Positions 38,630 to 52,307 are shown, counted from the first letter of the stretch. The stretch: 64,000 nucleotides of DNA from Pristiophorus japonicus (GCF_044704955.1 NC_091982.1:146630001-146694000), one strand, 5' to 3'. Notes: generated by a model not told the origin, from the sequence alone. Made by a program: numbers and translations.

Positions 38630-39449
38630 GTGGAAATTTCCGCTTTGGGCGCAATCGCTAATTCTGGTGCAAATTGTGTCCATTTTGAAAAGTCTCTCTT
38701 CTCCCCCCCCCCCCCCACCACCATGAGTTTCTGCTCAAACTCATTTGCATATCACTGAATGCAGGATCTACCATGAACCAGTACAATTGGGCAGCGATTT
38801 GAAATGTAATTTTTTTTTAAATTTGCTTTAAAAAATATTCCTTGATATATTTGAGTGGTAATATTAAGTTAGAATTAAGTTCCCTTTAGGCTATGCATTT
38901 GCGCAGCGCTCTGCAGCTCCCCTGCAGCCGGCTCACCCGCTTTTAAATAGGGAAGGCTGCGCATGCGCGATATTTTGAAGGGATTGCGCACCCCAAAAAA
39001 TTTACGGAAAAATTGGTGGTAACTTGATAAAGTTTGATTTATACAACTGAAAGTGTGTTCCTATCACAAAAAATAAGCAGTTTAAATCAGTGCCAAACCA
39101 CCACCTGTGAGTAACCCAATTTTAAACGACTTAAAAAAAAATATACAAACTATTTTCAAGTTGAATTGGGGTACAGTAGTCAGTTCTTTAGTAAATTTGA
39201 AAAAAATGTCATTCAAGCCCCTATTGGTGTTCCTGTGCCCAAAAGAACCAGCTTCATTTTTACAGCCGTCTCAAAGGCCTGCAAACAAGTGCAATTAAAG
39301 AAAAGTCCCAATGGTGATTAATTCACCCTGGGGGCGTGGTCAGTTTTCTGGGCGGAGCCTGCTTCGAGCGCGATGGTTTTTAAACTAGCATGAACGATCG
39401 CGGAGACTCGAGTTGCACTGAACGCAATTTGCGCTTAAAACCTTTCCAC
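38630..39449. mobile_element. probable decayed MITE with a small nested MITE (~38878-39016)
   Basis: Short TIR GTGGAAA...TTTCCAC; the nested piece resembles the reverse of 43927-44082. Confidence 0.4.
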
Positions 39450-39544
39450 CGGTTGCAAAGATATCGGATGCATTGCGCTGAACAAACCAGTGAGACTCTC
39501 CTATAACTCTGTGTAATCCCTATTTTGCCTTGTTTTTCTCTCAG

Positions 39545-39706
39545 GCACTGGTAAAACACATCCAGTCGAAGGGGTACCCAAACGAGCGGTTTGAGCTGGT
39601 CACCAACTTCCCACGCAGAAAGCTTTCCCACTTGGACTATGAAATTACACTGCAGGAAGCTGGGCTGTGCCCTCAGGAAACTGTCTTTGTTCAGGAGAGA
39701 AATTAA
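39545..39706 (+). CDS. UBXN7: UBXN7 last coding exon (UBX domain)
   Basis: Polypyrimidine tract plus CAG; ALVKHIQSKGYPNERFELVTNFPRRKLSHLDYEITLQEAGLCPQETVFVQERN-stop, including the FPR motif of UBX domains. Confidence 0.96.
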   Translation, partial: ALVKHIQSKGYPNERFELVTNFPRRKLSHLDYEITLQEAGLCPQETVFVQERN

Positions 39707-42385
39707 CTTGGGAGCGCGAAAGATTTTATACAAATATTGGAAGCCCTGGCCTGTTGAAAATGGTGATAACCTGGCTTCAGCCTGAACAAAGAAATATACA
39801 TATTGTCACCTTTTACTGGACCTACTGAGGCCAGTGACCCAGGAAGAAATTTTGAGATCCACACTCATTTCTTAACACTTTTTGATTCCCAAAAGAAGAA
39901 CCTTTTTATTGGACCAGAGAACACTGAATGTGACTTTTTTTGGTTAATAAATGCCCATCGTTCTATGCTTGAACTGTTACCTTTGGCTGTGTCAGGCAAC
40001 GGTACTGTTTATTTTTTTCGTACAACATCTGGTCTTGGCAATGCTCCGAGTTGCCATAACCAAAATTCACAAGAGCACCGCTCTCTGTGACTACCAGAAG
40101 GAAGCATTCCCCCACCAAGACCAGATGACAACACCAAACACTGGGGAAACAGGAAATGGTTTGGGATAAGACCAACTGTCGTCTGAAAAGATTTGACTTT
40201 GTCTCTTGGTAGTGTTACTTATTTAGACTGTAAGTACGTGGTAGGAATTTGCTGTTGTTCACTATGATGTATCTTCAATTGCCCTAATGTCATCAGACAA
40301 CCGAGTTGCAGGCCTGTGTTGAAATTCATGAACCCATATTATGGGCGGGGAGGTTTGCAGCATCGTCTGGTGTTAACCTGGCGGGTCTAAAATCGCAGGT
40401 GAAAAGCTTACTTCAGTCTGCACTTTGGAGCACAAGAGTTGCTGTGGAATGATTGCTTTTGATGAGTTATACACACCATTCCAAGAAGGTCACCATAATT
40501 CTTGAACAAGCTTTTTAGGGACGCCAAGACAAACCATGCCATCTGGCAGAAGGGATGAGTCTTGGCCAGACTCAAGGGATCCCTAACATGAAGCTATAAG
40601 AAATGATAATGTTTCTAACTTCCTTGACAGCAAGATTAGTTCTGAGGGATTCTACACCGCTCCATAATCCCATGCAGTGTTGAGAATTGAATGATTGCGC
40701 TTTTTACCGAGCGTCATCGATTTCGAGGAATTCTGCTCACAGTTCCTGACAGTAAGAGATCCTGCTCATCATTCTGGTGTGCATTGGTAAAAGCTTGAGG
40801 GATTGTATGAAGCATCCCAGGGTCCAGGGTTCCTGATAGTAAGATCAGGTGAGAGGTTTGACTTGCATATCCAGGATCCTTCATGGTTAGCTCGGGGAGA
40901 TCCTGCATGGACCCGCACAGCAAGAGGGGTTTGCGATCCATTCCAACCTTTGACTGTAATGGACGCTGGTGGGGAGGCGGGGTTGATGCACAGATCCTGG
41001 GTTCAACATCCCCAACAGTAAAGAACTCCGGAATTCTCCAACACAGAGCGGCTGAGGGGACGGGGTGAAATGTATACATTGGGAGTGAGCTACATGGGTG
41101 TGTCCTGCAGAGAATGATCAGTATTTCACAGCAGCATTCAGTCTTTCCAACTCGGCCCAGGGTCCTTGATAGAGGAGGGGAGGAGTTTGACAAAAAGTTC
41201 AATGATTGGCAAAATGATATCTGCAGAGTTTGGGGAGCCAAGGTTCTGGTGCGAAGCTTTGTAGACAGTAAGAGTATCGAGCATTGGGATGATTGAGTGT
41301 CTGAATGTTGGGGTGGGGGTGGGGGGGTGGATTGTGTGTTTGGAACAGCTAGTACAACAGTGTACACTTCGGAGAGGGGGAATGACCAAATGCATCGGGG
41401 GCAAACTGTATTGGGGGACAGATAACATTGAGACTGGGTTGTTTGAGGGAAGGCAGGCAACGGTGAGAATAGGTGTGTTACTGTTGGGTCGGGCTGTGTG
41501 TATCTTTGGTTTGAGAACAGGCTGCATATGACTGAGAATGGGCTGTATATATCTTTGGTGGGGGAAGAGAGTCATGTTGGAAACAGACATTGCTGGCGTG
41601 TCTTGGTGGGTGCAATGAATAGTGTTTCATAGCAGTATTTTTTTCCAATTTTGACCCAGCGGGCTTTCTTGATCCCTGTGGTTACCAGCCAGGAGTGTAT
41701 AGCAGTGTAGTGTATTAACATTTCACACTGGACAAAAGTTGTGCATTGTGCGGGCAGTGACCAACATTAAAGAAAGTACAAATCGATGAAAATAAACGAG
41801 TACAAATTAAAGAAAACAAATTTGGATATGATAGTTCTATATAATAAACATGTTGGTGATAATTGTGACTGCGCAAGAGAGATCCGAGGTCTGCTGTTTG
41901 TTTAATCGCAAGAAGATTATTGACAAACAGTTCCCTTTTGCATTCTGGCCACTCAATTTTAAAACCCACTGCCTTCCTGTATTTGGGCTATAACTGTATC
42001 AACTGAATAAGTATGATCCTGCCCGTAATCTCCATCTTGTAACTGTCCTGTAAAACCAGTACTATGCTAAAAGGATGCAGGTCAGTGCTGTTAAACACTG
42101 CACAACCCAGATCCTCGACTCAATTCTTCAACTGAATCTCTACAAAATATTAAATCATGTCATGTAATGTCAGATTACTACTTGGTTTTAATATTGCTTC
42201 AGTTAATGTTCATTGTTTTGAAGTGTGAGATTGTACCCCTATATAGATTCTGCGGGTTGGCTGCTTATGATCTTCTGTGATCGAACAGTCCCCACACACC
42301 TGACCAAGTGAATCAGTAAACTGTTGAGTAATTTGAAGAGAACATTGCAGGATTGCATCAACCAGTGTCACATTTTGTAAACCTC

Positions 42386-42391
42386 AATAAA
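42386..42391 (+). terminator. candidate UBXN7 distal polyadenylation signal
   Basis: AATAAA followed by T-rich sequence at the end of an AT-rich UTR-like stretch; a proximal AATAAA also occurs at 39946. Confidence 0.4.
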
Positions 42392-42661
42392 ATTTATAGT
42401 TTGCTTTTTAACAGGCGCCTCTTAAGATGTATTTTTTATGTAATAGTTCTGCTGAAGAATCGACTAAAGTTGAGCATAAATTATCTTTGATTAGCAATTT
42501 ATTAAAAGAATATCATTGCATTTTCAAGAAACTGATCCAGTTTAGATTTAAGAGCATAAAAATTTGCGGAGCAAGAAAAGGACATTATTTATTCAGTTAG
42601 ATTTAGCGGAACAAATTGACCCAATCGCCAACTACCCAAATTATATGGATGTGATCGGATT

Positions 42662-43884
42662 TGTAAGTGGTTTTTACCCCTGGTGGTTTCGAATCACCCC
42701 CCTTACAACAGTTCTAGACCCGGGAATTACAGTCGTGAACAGAATACACAATTATAGACAGATCTTTCGGTCTCAACTGTCACAATGCTTTTATTCAAGT
42801 TAAAGCACACACCTTCCATTAAAACACACCCTGATGGTGGTGTAAAACAAAAAATACAGTACAACAGACACTGGCCTGTCTGAATAGGCCCCTATCGCGA
42901 AGTACCCACGACTAAAACACCCCTGCTTGGCTCAATAGAGCACCACCGAATCTGTCCAACAGACTGCGTACGCCTATGATCCACGCAGAAACCTCCCCAC
43001 TAACCCCCTATGGCTTGATTGGGACACACGACACCCCTTCACACTATGCGGTGGTCTTGAGGATATGTGGGCTGGGATAATGCTCACCAGTTACCCCTCT
43101 GGCTTACTCGCTGCTTCTCCCGATGAGTGAGGCTCTCTCTGCTCGTAGATGGTTGTTTCTTCTCTCTGTCCCAGACGGAGTGCTTGGTCCTTGATTGCGT
43201 TGAACAAAGCAAGCCAGCGTAGAAGAGGAGAGAGAGGGAGAGATGGCTGCAAACTGCCGAATCTTATACTTGAAAAATGCTTCTGAATTCTTCGTGCCAA
43301 AATCCCGTCCTTTGCCTGAGGCAGTCCAACTAAAGAGCAATGAATTGCATCTTCGGCCTGTGGCCTTTGTTACTGGGCTGTTCCTGGGGATAAAGGCTCC
43401 AACGAGTCTGGGTGGCCGAATAGCTTTCTTTTGTCCTGAGGTTCCCGCACTCCGGGGCTCTCAGTCATTTCGATGGCTTCAGCACTGACCAGTTTACCTA
43501 ATCTCTCACTGATGGGTTCCTATTACATGACAAAAGGGTCCTCCATCTGCTTTCAGCTGTCCCAGACTATCACCTGATGTGTATTCCCGTGGAACAAGTC
43601 TGGGCCTATCCAAAGTCATGCTGTCAGCTCTTTTGAAATATGAAAGTCCAAAATCTTTACGCCAATGCTGTCGATGTTTACGCTGATTCTTAGATTGCCT
43701 CAGGTATCACACGACCTGGAACTTGTGCATTTTAAACCAGTCTCTAGTTATTGTTTCCTATTATCTTCAAGTTGTAACTTCTGTGCCATGTCTTTTTAGC
43801 TCTTGCCCTAATGTATTGATTGGTGGGCGTTGATAATGTTTTGCAGTATCTTGTAAGGGTGCTTGCATGGATCTCCGTTAGACA
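42662..43884 (-). mobile_element. probable long solo LTR
   Basis: TGT...ACA termini, minus-strand TATA-like AGTATAAG near 43263 and AATAAA near 42790; no clean TSD. Confidence 0.4.
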
Positions 43885-43926
43885 GGTGATACCTGCAACT
43901 CTGACTCAACTTTTGTGGGTTCTACC

Positions 43927-44082
43927 CAATGTTCACCCTAGTTTTTTGGGGGGTGCACGGTCCCTTTAATGGGCTGCGCAGCCCATTGGAAATTTCGCAC
44001 ATGTGCAAAATCACCCATTCAAGAGCCGGTAAACGGCCTGAACGGGACCGCCATGCAGCCGCGTGGCTTTGTGGGAACATTG
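43927..44082. mobile_element. small hAT-like MITE
   Basis: TIR CAATGTTC...GAACATTG; flanks GTTCTACC/GTTCAATA could be a decayed 8-bp TSD. Confidence 0.55.
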
Positions 44083-44564
44083 GTTCAATACCCGTTGCAC
44101 TGGTGTGATGTGGGTCATCAGTTGACACATCTGCTCTGCTAACAGTCATGTTAAAGTCCAGATGATTGAGGGAAAACTAGGCTGGCTACGATCATCTTTG
44201 GAACCTGGATGCTGACTTCCAAAAGAAGTACAGATTACACAAGTGTCACTAACCTTTAGCTCTAGTATGTTCCTGAGTGAAGTTTTCCTTTTTTTAATTT
44301 GTAAGATTTGTGGCCAAAATGAGAAGATTGTCTGTCTTGCTTGATCACGCGATGCAGAGTTCGCCTTGGCCATTTGCATGACCCTTTGGCAGGTGGCATT
44401 GGTAGGGAAGAAAACAGTTAAATGATTTTCAAGGAAAAGGGCAACTTTCCTCTCTTGTGGACTTAGCTTGTAACTGAGGATAGTGAAGGATGCAAATGAG
44501 CCAGAACTGAGTGAAGCAATGAACAAATCACAGTTAAAATGTGAGATGGTGCACTTGGTTCTAA

Positions 44565-44850
44565 TTCTGCCCTGCTGAGCACCCCTAATTATAATCGCTC
44601 AACCATTGGTGGCTGTGCCTTCTGTTGCCTGGGCCCCAATCTCTGGATCTCCGCCTAAACCTCTCCGCCTCTCTACTTCTCTTTCCTCCTTCAAGATGCT
44701 CCTTAAAACATACCTCTTTGACCAAGCTTTTGGTCGCTTGTGCTAGCTTCTATTATGCGGCCCGGTGTCAAATTTTTTATCGCATAATGCTCCTGTGAAG
44801 GGCCTTGGGATGTTTCACTACATTAAAGGTGCTATATAAATACAAATTAT
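44565..44850 (+). mobile_element. L2-like LINE 3' end
   Basis: Reverse complement of the 3' part of 32110-32780. Confidence 0.75.
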
Positions 44851-45741
44851 TGGGATGTAAAAAATCAATTTGAGACCAAAATAAATGGTAGGTTTCCTAA
44901 ATGATAACTTGTATTCATATAGCATCTTTAATGTAAAAAAAGGCCCCATGGTACTTTACAAAGGTGGAACGGGGGGAAATGGGTGCTGACCAAAGATGAA
45001 GAGATAAGCAGGATTGATGGGCAAACATAACTTGGTGTGGGATAAGATGCGGGCAGCAGCGTTTTGGCTGAATTAAGATTGTCTGAAGATGGCAATGGCA
45101 TGGGCGAGGGTTTCGGCAGCAGATGGTTTGAGGCAGGGGTGGAAATAAGCAGCCTTTATGATGGAGTTAGATGGGGTTAGAAAGATCAGCTTGAGGTTGA
45201 ATAGGATGGCAAGATTGTGAACTGTCTTGATCAGGCTGAGACCATGACAGGGAGAGGTATGGTGTTACTGGCAAGGGGTTGAAATCTGGATTTGGCCTTC
45301 CAAATCTTGAGAAAATCTAAGATTGGATGGAGGACAAGCAGTCTGACAGCACAGAGGCAGTGGAGGGGTGGTGGAGAGGTCGAACTGTGTGTCAACAGTG
45401 TACATATTGAAGCTGACCCCAGCAAGCTAGGACAAAATCTGTTGGTTTCTGAGCAAGATTGTGAAAAAATGGTACAGTAAAGGTGTACTTTACCGAGCAA
45501 CAACTTGCATTTATATAGTACTGCCAACATAAAAAAAATGTCCCATAGCGCTTCGGAGAAATAATGAGACGACAATGGACTTGAGTCAAGGAGGAAATAT
45601 TAAGGGGGCTGACCACAAGCTTAGTTAAAGAGGTGTGTTTTTAAAAGGGCCTTAAAGGAGAAGAGGATGGTGAAGTGACAAAGCATGTAAGCTGATTCCA
45701 ATGTATAGTTAAGCAGTTTTTTTTTTTTCTTTCTCTTCATG

Positions 45742-46182
45742 TCAGCTGTGGCTCAGTGGGTAGCACACTTGCCTCTGAGTCCGAAGGTTATTGGTTCAAG
45801 CCCCACTGCAGGAACTTGAGCACATAAATCTAGGCTGACACTCCAGTGCAGTGCTGAGGGAGTGCTGCACTGTCCGAGGTGCCTTCTTTCAGATGAGACG
45901 TTAAACCGAGGCCCCGGACATAAAAGATCCCATGTCACTATTTTGAAGAAGAGCAGGGGAGTTATCCCTGGTGTCCTGGCCAATATTTATACCGCAATTA
46001 ACATAACAAAAAACATTATCTGGTCATTATCACATTGCTGTTTGTGGGAGCTTGCTATGCGCAAGTTGGCTGCTGCATTTCCCACATTACAACAGTGACT
46101 GCACTCCAAAAGTACTTCATTGGCTGTAAAGCGCTTTTAGATGACCGGTGGTCGTGAAAGGTGCTACAGAAATGCAAGTCTT
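45742..46182 (+). mobile_element. Deu-domain tRNA-derived SINE (SacSINE1-like), full length
   Basis: A box TGGCTCAGTGG, B box GGTTCAAGCCC, central GATGAGACGTTAAACCGAGG...GTGTCCTGGCCAATATTTAT core and an L2-like tail. Confidence 0.85.
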
Positions 46183-46482
46183 GTTTCTTTCACCCTGAAG
46201 GATCTTTTGTTCTCTGGTCCATGTCTCACGGATGAGAAACAGCAGGACAAAGCCTCCCTCTTCCTATGCTCCTGCTTAAGGACCCAACCAGGTCGTTGTT
46301 TGCTACCTTAAACTTGGAAAAGGCAACTGTGATATGTTTCAGACTTTATTCGTGCACTTGCACCTGCACCCTTCCCCACCAAAAAGGTCAAATGGGCAAC
46401 TGTTGACTGGTAAACGTTGGCATCTTGCACAGATCTTTGATGGAGAGAAAGCCAAAGTGATGATGGTGCTTTACAAGCAAGC

Positions 46483-47626
46483 CATCATCACCATAGGCAG
46501 TCCCTCGGAATCGAGGAAGACTTGCTTCCACTCTTAGGTGACTGAACAGTCCAATATGGGAATTACAGCCTCTGTCACAGGTGGGACATACAGTCGTTGA
46601 GGGAAGGGGTGGGTGGGACTGGTTTGCTGCACGCTCTTTCCGCTGCCTGCACTTGGTTTCTGCATGCTCTCGGCAATGAGATTCGAGGTGCTCAGCACCC
46701 TCCCAGATGCACTTCCTCCACTTAGGGTGGTCTTTGGCCAGGGACTCCCAGGTGTCAGTGGAGATGTTGCACTTTATCAGGGAGGCTTTGAGGGTGTCCT
46801 TGTAATGTTTCCTCTGCCCACCTTTGGCTCATTTGCCGTGAAGCAGTTCTGAGTAGAGCACTTGCTTTGGGAGTCTCATGTCTGGCATGCGAACTATGTG
46901 GCCTGCCCAGCGGAGCTGATCAAGTCTGGTCAGTGCTTCAATGCTGGGGATGTTGGCCTGGACGAGGACGCTAATGTTGTTGCGTCTGTCCTCCCAGGGG
47001 ATTTGTAGGAGCTTGCGGAGAAATCGTTGATGGTATTTCTCCAGCGTCTTGAGGTGTCCATGTCTCTCAGCCATATTACTACAGTCCTGTAGACCATGAG
47101 CTTGGTGGCAGTTTTGAGGGCCTGGTCTTCAAACACTCATTTCCTCAGGCGGCCGAGGCGCTGGTGCACTGGAGGCGGTGTTGAATCTCGTTGTCAATGC
47201 CTGCTCTTGTTGATAGGAGGCTCCCGAGGTATGGGAAGTGGTCCATGTTGTCCAGGGCCGCGCTGTGGATCTTGATGACTGGGGGGCAGTGCTGTGCGGC
47301 GAGGACAGGCTGGTGGAGGACCTCCCGGACCGGGGTCAAACAGGGCTGCCTCAACGCCCCAACCATCTTCTCAATCTTCCTCGCTGCCATGCTCCACCTC
47401 ACAGTCAACAAGCTCCCCACTGGAGTGGAGCTAAACTACAGAACCAGTGGGAACCTGTTCAACCTACGCTGTCTCCAGGCCAGGTCCAAGACCACCCCAA
47501 CCTCTGTCATTGAGTTACAGTACATGGACGATGCCTGTGTCTGCGCATATACAGAGGCTGAACTCCAGGTCATAGTCGAAGTATTTACTGAGGTATACGA
47601 AAGTATGGGCCTTACGCTAAACATCC
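46483..47626 (-). mobile_element. RTE LINE with inverted 5' segment
   Basis: Minus-strand 3' part 46483-~47273, plus-strand upstream part ~47273-47626; TSD TACAAGCAAGC/TACGAGCAAGC. Confidence 0.88.
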
Positions 47627-48769
47627 TACGAGCAAGCAGTAGATTGAAGATACATCATTGTGACAGAGGACTTCAAAACTATGATAGATTGAAGCTTCTT
47701 GATTGGAAGTGCTTCACATCCATGTTCAGTGGCGAGATTACCAGTACTTATTTGATCTGGCATCAGCATAAAGATTGCTTGTCAGTACAGCAGCAACCTG
47801 CAATTGCAGCATCTCCATGTCTGTCTCTATCTCGTGACTTCCCCCGCCCCCCCCAAGTACAATCCACCAAATCTTGAAATTATTAGGAAGGTAAGTTTCT
47901 TGTTAACCTACAGCAATCAAACCTTTGGAGGACTTCATACAAACCCAGTGCCAGACATCCCTTTCCACCTCTTGAAACAGGCTGAACAGAGCCTGGTACA
48001 ACAGTCTGGACCGCCTTCCTTCCCCCAAGAGATTTTCTCCTTTATGCTATCCCTCTGCTCTTGGGAGACAAATGAAACTTGATTAGCGATTATGCAATTG
48101 GGTTTTTTCCTAACAGTTTTAACCTGTGTTTGTAGTAAAAAAATAAGTTCTGTCAGCAGACTAAAACCTGCATTATTGTACGCACTATAAGCAGAATAGC
48201 ATGCCACTGAATTACCTCTTCTGATATGTCAGATCAGAGACTTTGTGAGGTACCCAACATGTTGTCCTGTCTATTCCAAAAGCCAGTAAATAGCACACTG
48301 AAAGATCATTACATTCAGGCTAAAAGAAATGCTCTTGTTTATTTACAGGTCATATGATTACACAGAGGTAGAAATACCCATCCTTTTCCTTCATCCACTA
48401 ATTAAATCTTGAATGTTGACATTAGAGCCATCAAATATAATTTCTATGGCCTTGCCAATTTCCTCCATCATCTGTGTCAGGATCTTAGAATGTATCTGGT
48501 AGGGCCCTGGTGTTTTGTCTTCCTTTAGCCTAACTAACGAATCTAAACATTTTCCTTTTTATCACTCATCTCACCATCAGCCACTTCTGCATTCACCACC
48601 TCAGATATCCTTTTTAGTAAAGCCAATATGAAATATTTATTAATTACCTTTGCCATTTTCTAAACTCAGCAGTATGTTGGTTAATGTTTTGGAGATACAA
48701 ATCTTAATCTTACATATTTTAAGGTGGCATCATGCAATCAGATCTTTTATTTACTATTTAATTGCAAAA

Positions 48770-51700
48770 CCTACAGGAAAAAAGAGTAAAAAAGCAATTT
48801 TAAAGGCACTTTGTCAAAATGCACGTAGCATTCGTAACAAAATAGATGAGCTGACGGCACAAATAGATACAAATGAGTATGATCTGATAGCCATTACAGA
48901 GATGTGGTTGCAAGGTGACCAGTACTGGGAATTAAATATTCAGGGACATTTGACAATCCGGAAGGATAGACAGAAAGGAAAAGGAGGTGGGGTAGCTCTA
49001 TTGATAATGGAATCATTGCAATAGTAAGAAACGATGTATGCTCAAAGGATCAGGATGTTGAAACAGTTTGGGTGTTAATAAGGGGAAAAAATCATTGGTG
49101 GGCGTAGTCTATAGGCCCCCTAACAGTAGCAACTCTGTTGGTCGGAGCATAAACCAGGAAATAGTGGGGGCTTGTAAAAAGGGAGCAGCAATAATCATGG
49201 GTGATTTTAACCTCCATATTAATTGGACAAATCAAATTGGTCAGGGTAGCCTTGAGGAAGAGTTCATAGAGTGTATAAGGGACGGGTTCCTTGAGCAGTA
49301 TGTAATGGAACCAACCAGGGTGCAGGCTATCTTAGATCTGGTCCTGTGTAATGATTAATAAACAATCTTCTAGTAAAGGATCCCCTTGGAATGAGTGATC
49401 ATAGCATGATTGAGTTTCAAATTCAGATGGAGGGTGGGGGTGAGAAAGTTGGATCTCTAACCAGCGTACTAAGCCTTAAATAAAGGAGACTATGAAGGTA
49501 TGAGGGCAGAGTTGGCTAAAGTGTACTGGAAAAACAGATTGTAGGACGGTTAATGAACAGTGGTGTATATTTAAGGAGATATTTCACAACTCTCAAGAAA
49601 AATATAGTGAGGAGGAAAGGGTGCAAGAGAAAAGAAAGCCATCCGTGGCTAACTAAAGAAATAAAGGACGGTATCCGCTTTAAAAACAAGGGCATACAAA
49701 GTGGCCAAAACTAGTGGGAGGACAGAAGATTGGGAAGCTTTTAAAAGCCAGCAAAGAATGACTAAAAAAATGACTAAGAAAGGGAAGATAGATTATGAAA
49801 GTAAACTAGCACAAAATATAAAAACAGATAGTAAGAGTTTCTCCAGGTATATAAAAAGAAAAAGAGTGGCTAAAGTAAATGTTGGTCCCTTAGAGGACGA
49901 GACCGGGGAATTAGTAATGGGGAACATGGAGATGGCATAAACTCTGAACAAGTATTTTGTATCAGTCTTTACAGTAGAGGATACTAACAATATCCCAACA
50001 GTGGATAGTCAAGGGGCTATAGGGGGTGGGGGGGGAGGAACTTAAAACAATGACAATCACTAAAGAGGTGGTACTCAGTCAGACAATGGGACTAAAGGCA
50101 GATAAATTCCCCTGGACCTGATGGCTTGCATCCTAGGGTCTTAAGTAGCAGCTGGGATACTGGATGTATTGTTTGTAATTTACCAAAATTCCCTGGATTC
50201 TGGGGCGGTCCCAGCAGTTTGGAAAACTGCAAATGTAACACCTCTATTTAAAAAAAGGAGGCAGACAAAAAGCAGAAAACTATAGACCAGTTAGCCTAAC
50301 ATCTGTGGTTGTAAAAATGTTGGAGTCCATTATTAAAGAAGCAGTAGCAGGACATTTGGAAAAGCATAATTCGGTCAGGCAGAGTCAGTGTGGATTTATG
50401 AAGGAGAAGTCATGTTTGACAAATTTTCTGGAATTCTTTAAGGATGTAACAAACAGGGTGGATAAAGGGGAACCAATGAATGTATTGTATTTGGATTTCC
50501 AGAAGGCGTTTGACAAGGTGCCACATAAAAGGCTACTGCATAAGATAAAAGTTCACGGGGTTGGGGGTAATATATTAGCATGGATAGAGAATTGGCTAAC
50601 TAACAGAAAACAGAGAGTCGGGTTAAATGGTTCATTCTCGGGTTGGCAATCAGTAACTAGTGGGGTGCTGCAGGGATCAGTATTCAGACCCCAACTATTT
50701 ACAATCTATATTAATGACTTTGAAGAAAGGACAGAGTATAATGTAGCCAAGTTTGCTGACGGTACAATGATGGGAGGAAAAGCAATGTGTGAGGAGGGCA
50801 CAAAAAATCTGCAAAAGAACATGGATAGGCTAAGTGAGTGGGAAAAATTTGGCAGATGGAATATAATGTTGGAAAGTGTGAGGTCATGCACTTTGGCAGA
50901 AAAAAACTCAAAGAGCAAGTTATTATTTAAATGGAGAAAGATTGCAAAGTGCTGCAGTACAGCGGGACCTGGGGGTACTTGTGTATGAAACACAAAAGGT
51001 TAGTATGCACGTACAGCAAGTAATCAGGAAGGCCAATGGAATCTTGGTCTTTATTGCAAAGGGGATGGACTATAAAAGCAAGGAACAGTTATACAGGGTA
51101 TTGGTGAGGCCACACCTGGAATACTGGGCTGCAGTAATACCCACCCTCCTGTATGGCTCAGAGACATGGGTGATGTACAGAAGACACACCAAGTCGCTGG
51201 AGATATATCAACAACGATGTCTCCGCAAGATCCTGAAAATCCCCTGGGAGGACAGGCGCACCAACATTAGTGTCCTCGTCCAGGCTAACATCCCCAGCAT
51301 TGAAGCACTGACTACACTTGATCAGCTCTGCTGGGCAGGCCACATAGTTCACATGCCAGACACGAGACACGAGACTCCATACGCAAATGCTCTATGTGGA
51401 GCTCCTTCTCAGCAAACGATTCAAAAGTGGGCAGCAGAAATGGTACAAGGACACCCTCAAAGCCTCCCTGGTAAAGTGCAACATCACCACTGACACCTGG
51501 CAGTCCCTGGCCCTAGGTGGAGAAAGTGCATCCGGGAGGGCGTTGAGCTCTTCAAATCTCAGTGCCGAGAGCGTGAAGCAGTCAAGGGCAGGTAGCCCCA
51601 CCCACCCCTTCCCTCGACGAATGTCTGTCCCACCTGTGACAGAGTCTGTGGCTCTCGTATCGGACTGTTCAGCCACCAACGAACTCACTTCAGGAGTGGA

Positions 51701-52305
51701 AGCAAGTCTTATTTGATTCGAAGGGACTGCCTATGATGATGACTGCATACAGTTTTGGTTTCCATATTTATGAAAGGATATACTTGCTTTGGAGGCAGTT
51801 CAGAGAAGGTTCACTAGGTTGATTCTGGAGATGAGTGGGTTGACTTACGAAGAAAGGTTGAGTAGGCTGGACTTCTACTCATTGGAATTCAGAAGAATGA
51901 GACGTGATCTTATCGAAATGTATAAGATTATGAGGGGGCTTGACAAGGTGGATGCAGAGAGGATGTTTCCACTGATAGTGGAGACTAGATCTAGGGGCCA
52001 TAATCTTAGAATAAAGGGTTGCCCATTTAAAACTGAGATGAGGAGGAATTTCTTCTCTCAGAGAGTTGTAAATCTGTGGAATTCGCTGCCTCGGAGAGCT
52101 GTGGAAGCTGGGACATTGAATAAATTTAAGACAGAGATAGACAGTTTCTTAACCGATAAGGGAATAGGGGGTTATGGGGAGCGGGCAGGGAAGTGGACAT
52201 GAGTCCATGATCGGATCAGCCATGATCGTATTAAATGGCGGAGCAGGCTCGAGGGGCTGTGTGGCCTACTCCTGCTCCTATTTTTTAGTTCTTATATTCT
52301 TATGT
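48770..52305 (+). mobile_element. CR1-type LINE, nearly whole ORF2 (endonuclease + RT), decayed, interrupted by an RTE
   Basis: LCQNARSIRNKIDEL, IAITEMWL, GVVYRPPN, MGDFN, YLDFQKAFDKVPH, KFADGT and 3' UTR, in order. Confidence 0.94.
51127..51741 (+). mobile_element. RTE 3' fragment nested in CR1
   Basis: CR1 sequence PHLEY-C is split; ACTG is repeated on both sides; LLYGSETW...LCWAGHIVHMPD and (TGA)n tail. Confidence 0.88.
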
Positions 52306-52307
52306 AT

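Noticed and set aside
45742-45815. tRNA-like sequences with A and B boxes (also at 53431, and on the minus strand near 33730 and 60393)
   Set aside because: They are SINE heads continuous with the Deu core and tail, not tRNA genes.
47191-47877. 228-aa plus-strand ORF
   Set aside because: It is a chimeric read-through across the RTE inversion junction, not a gene.
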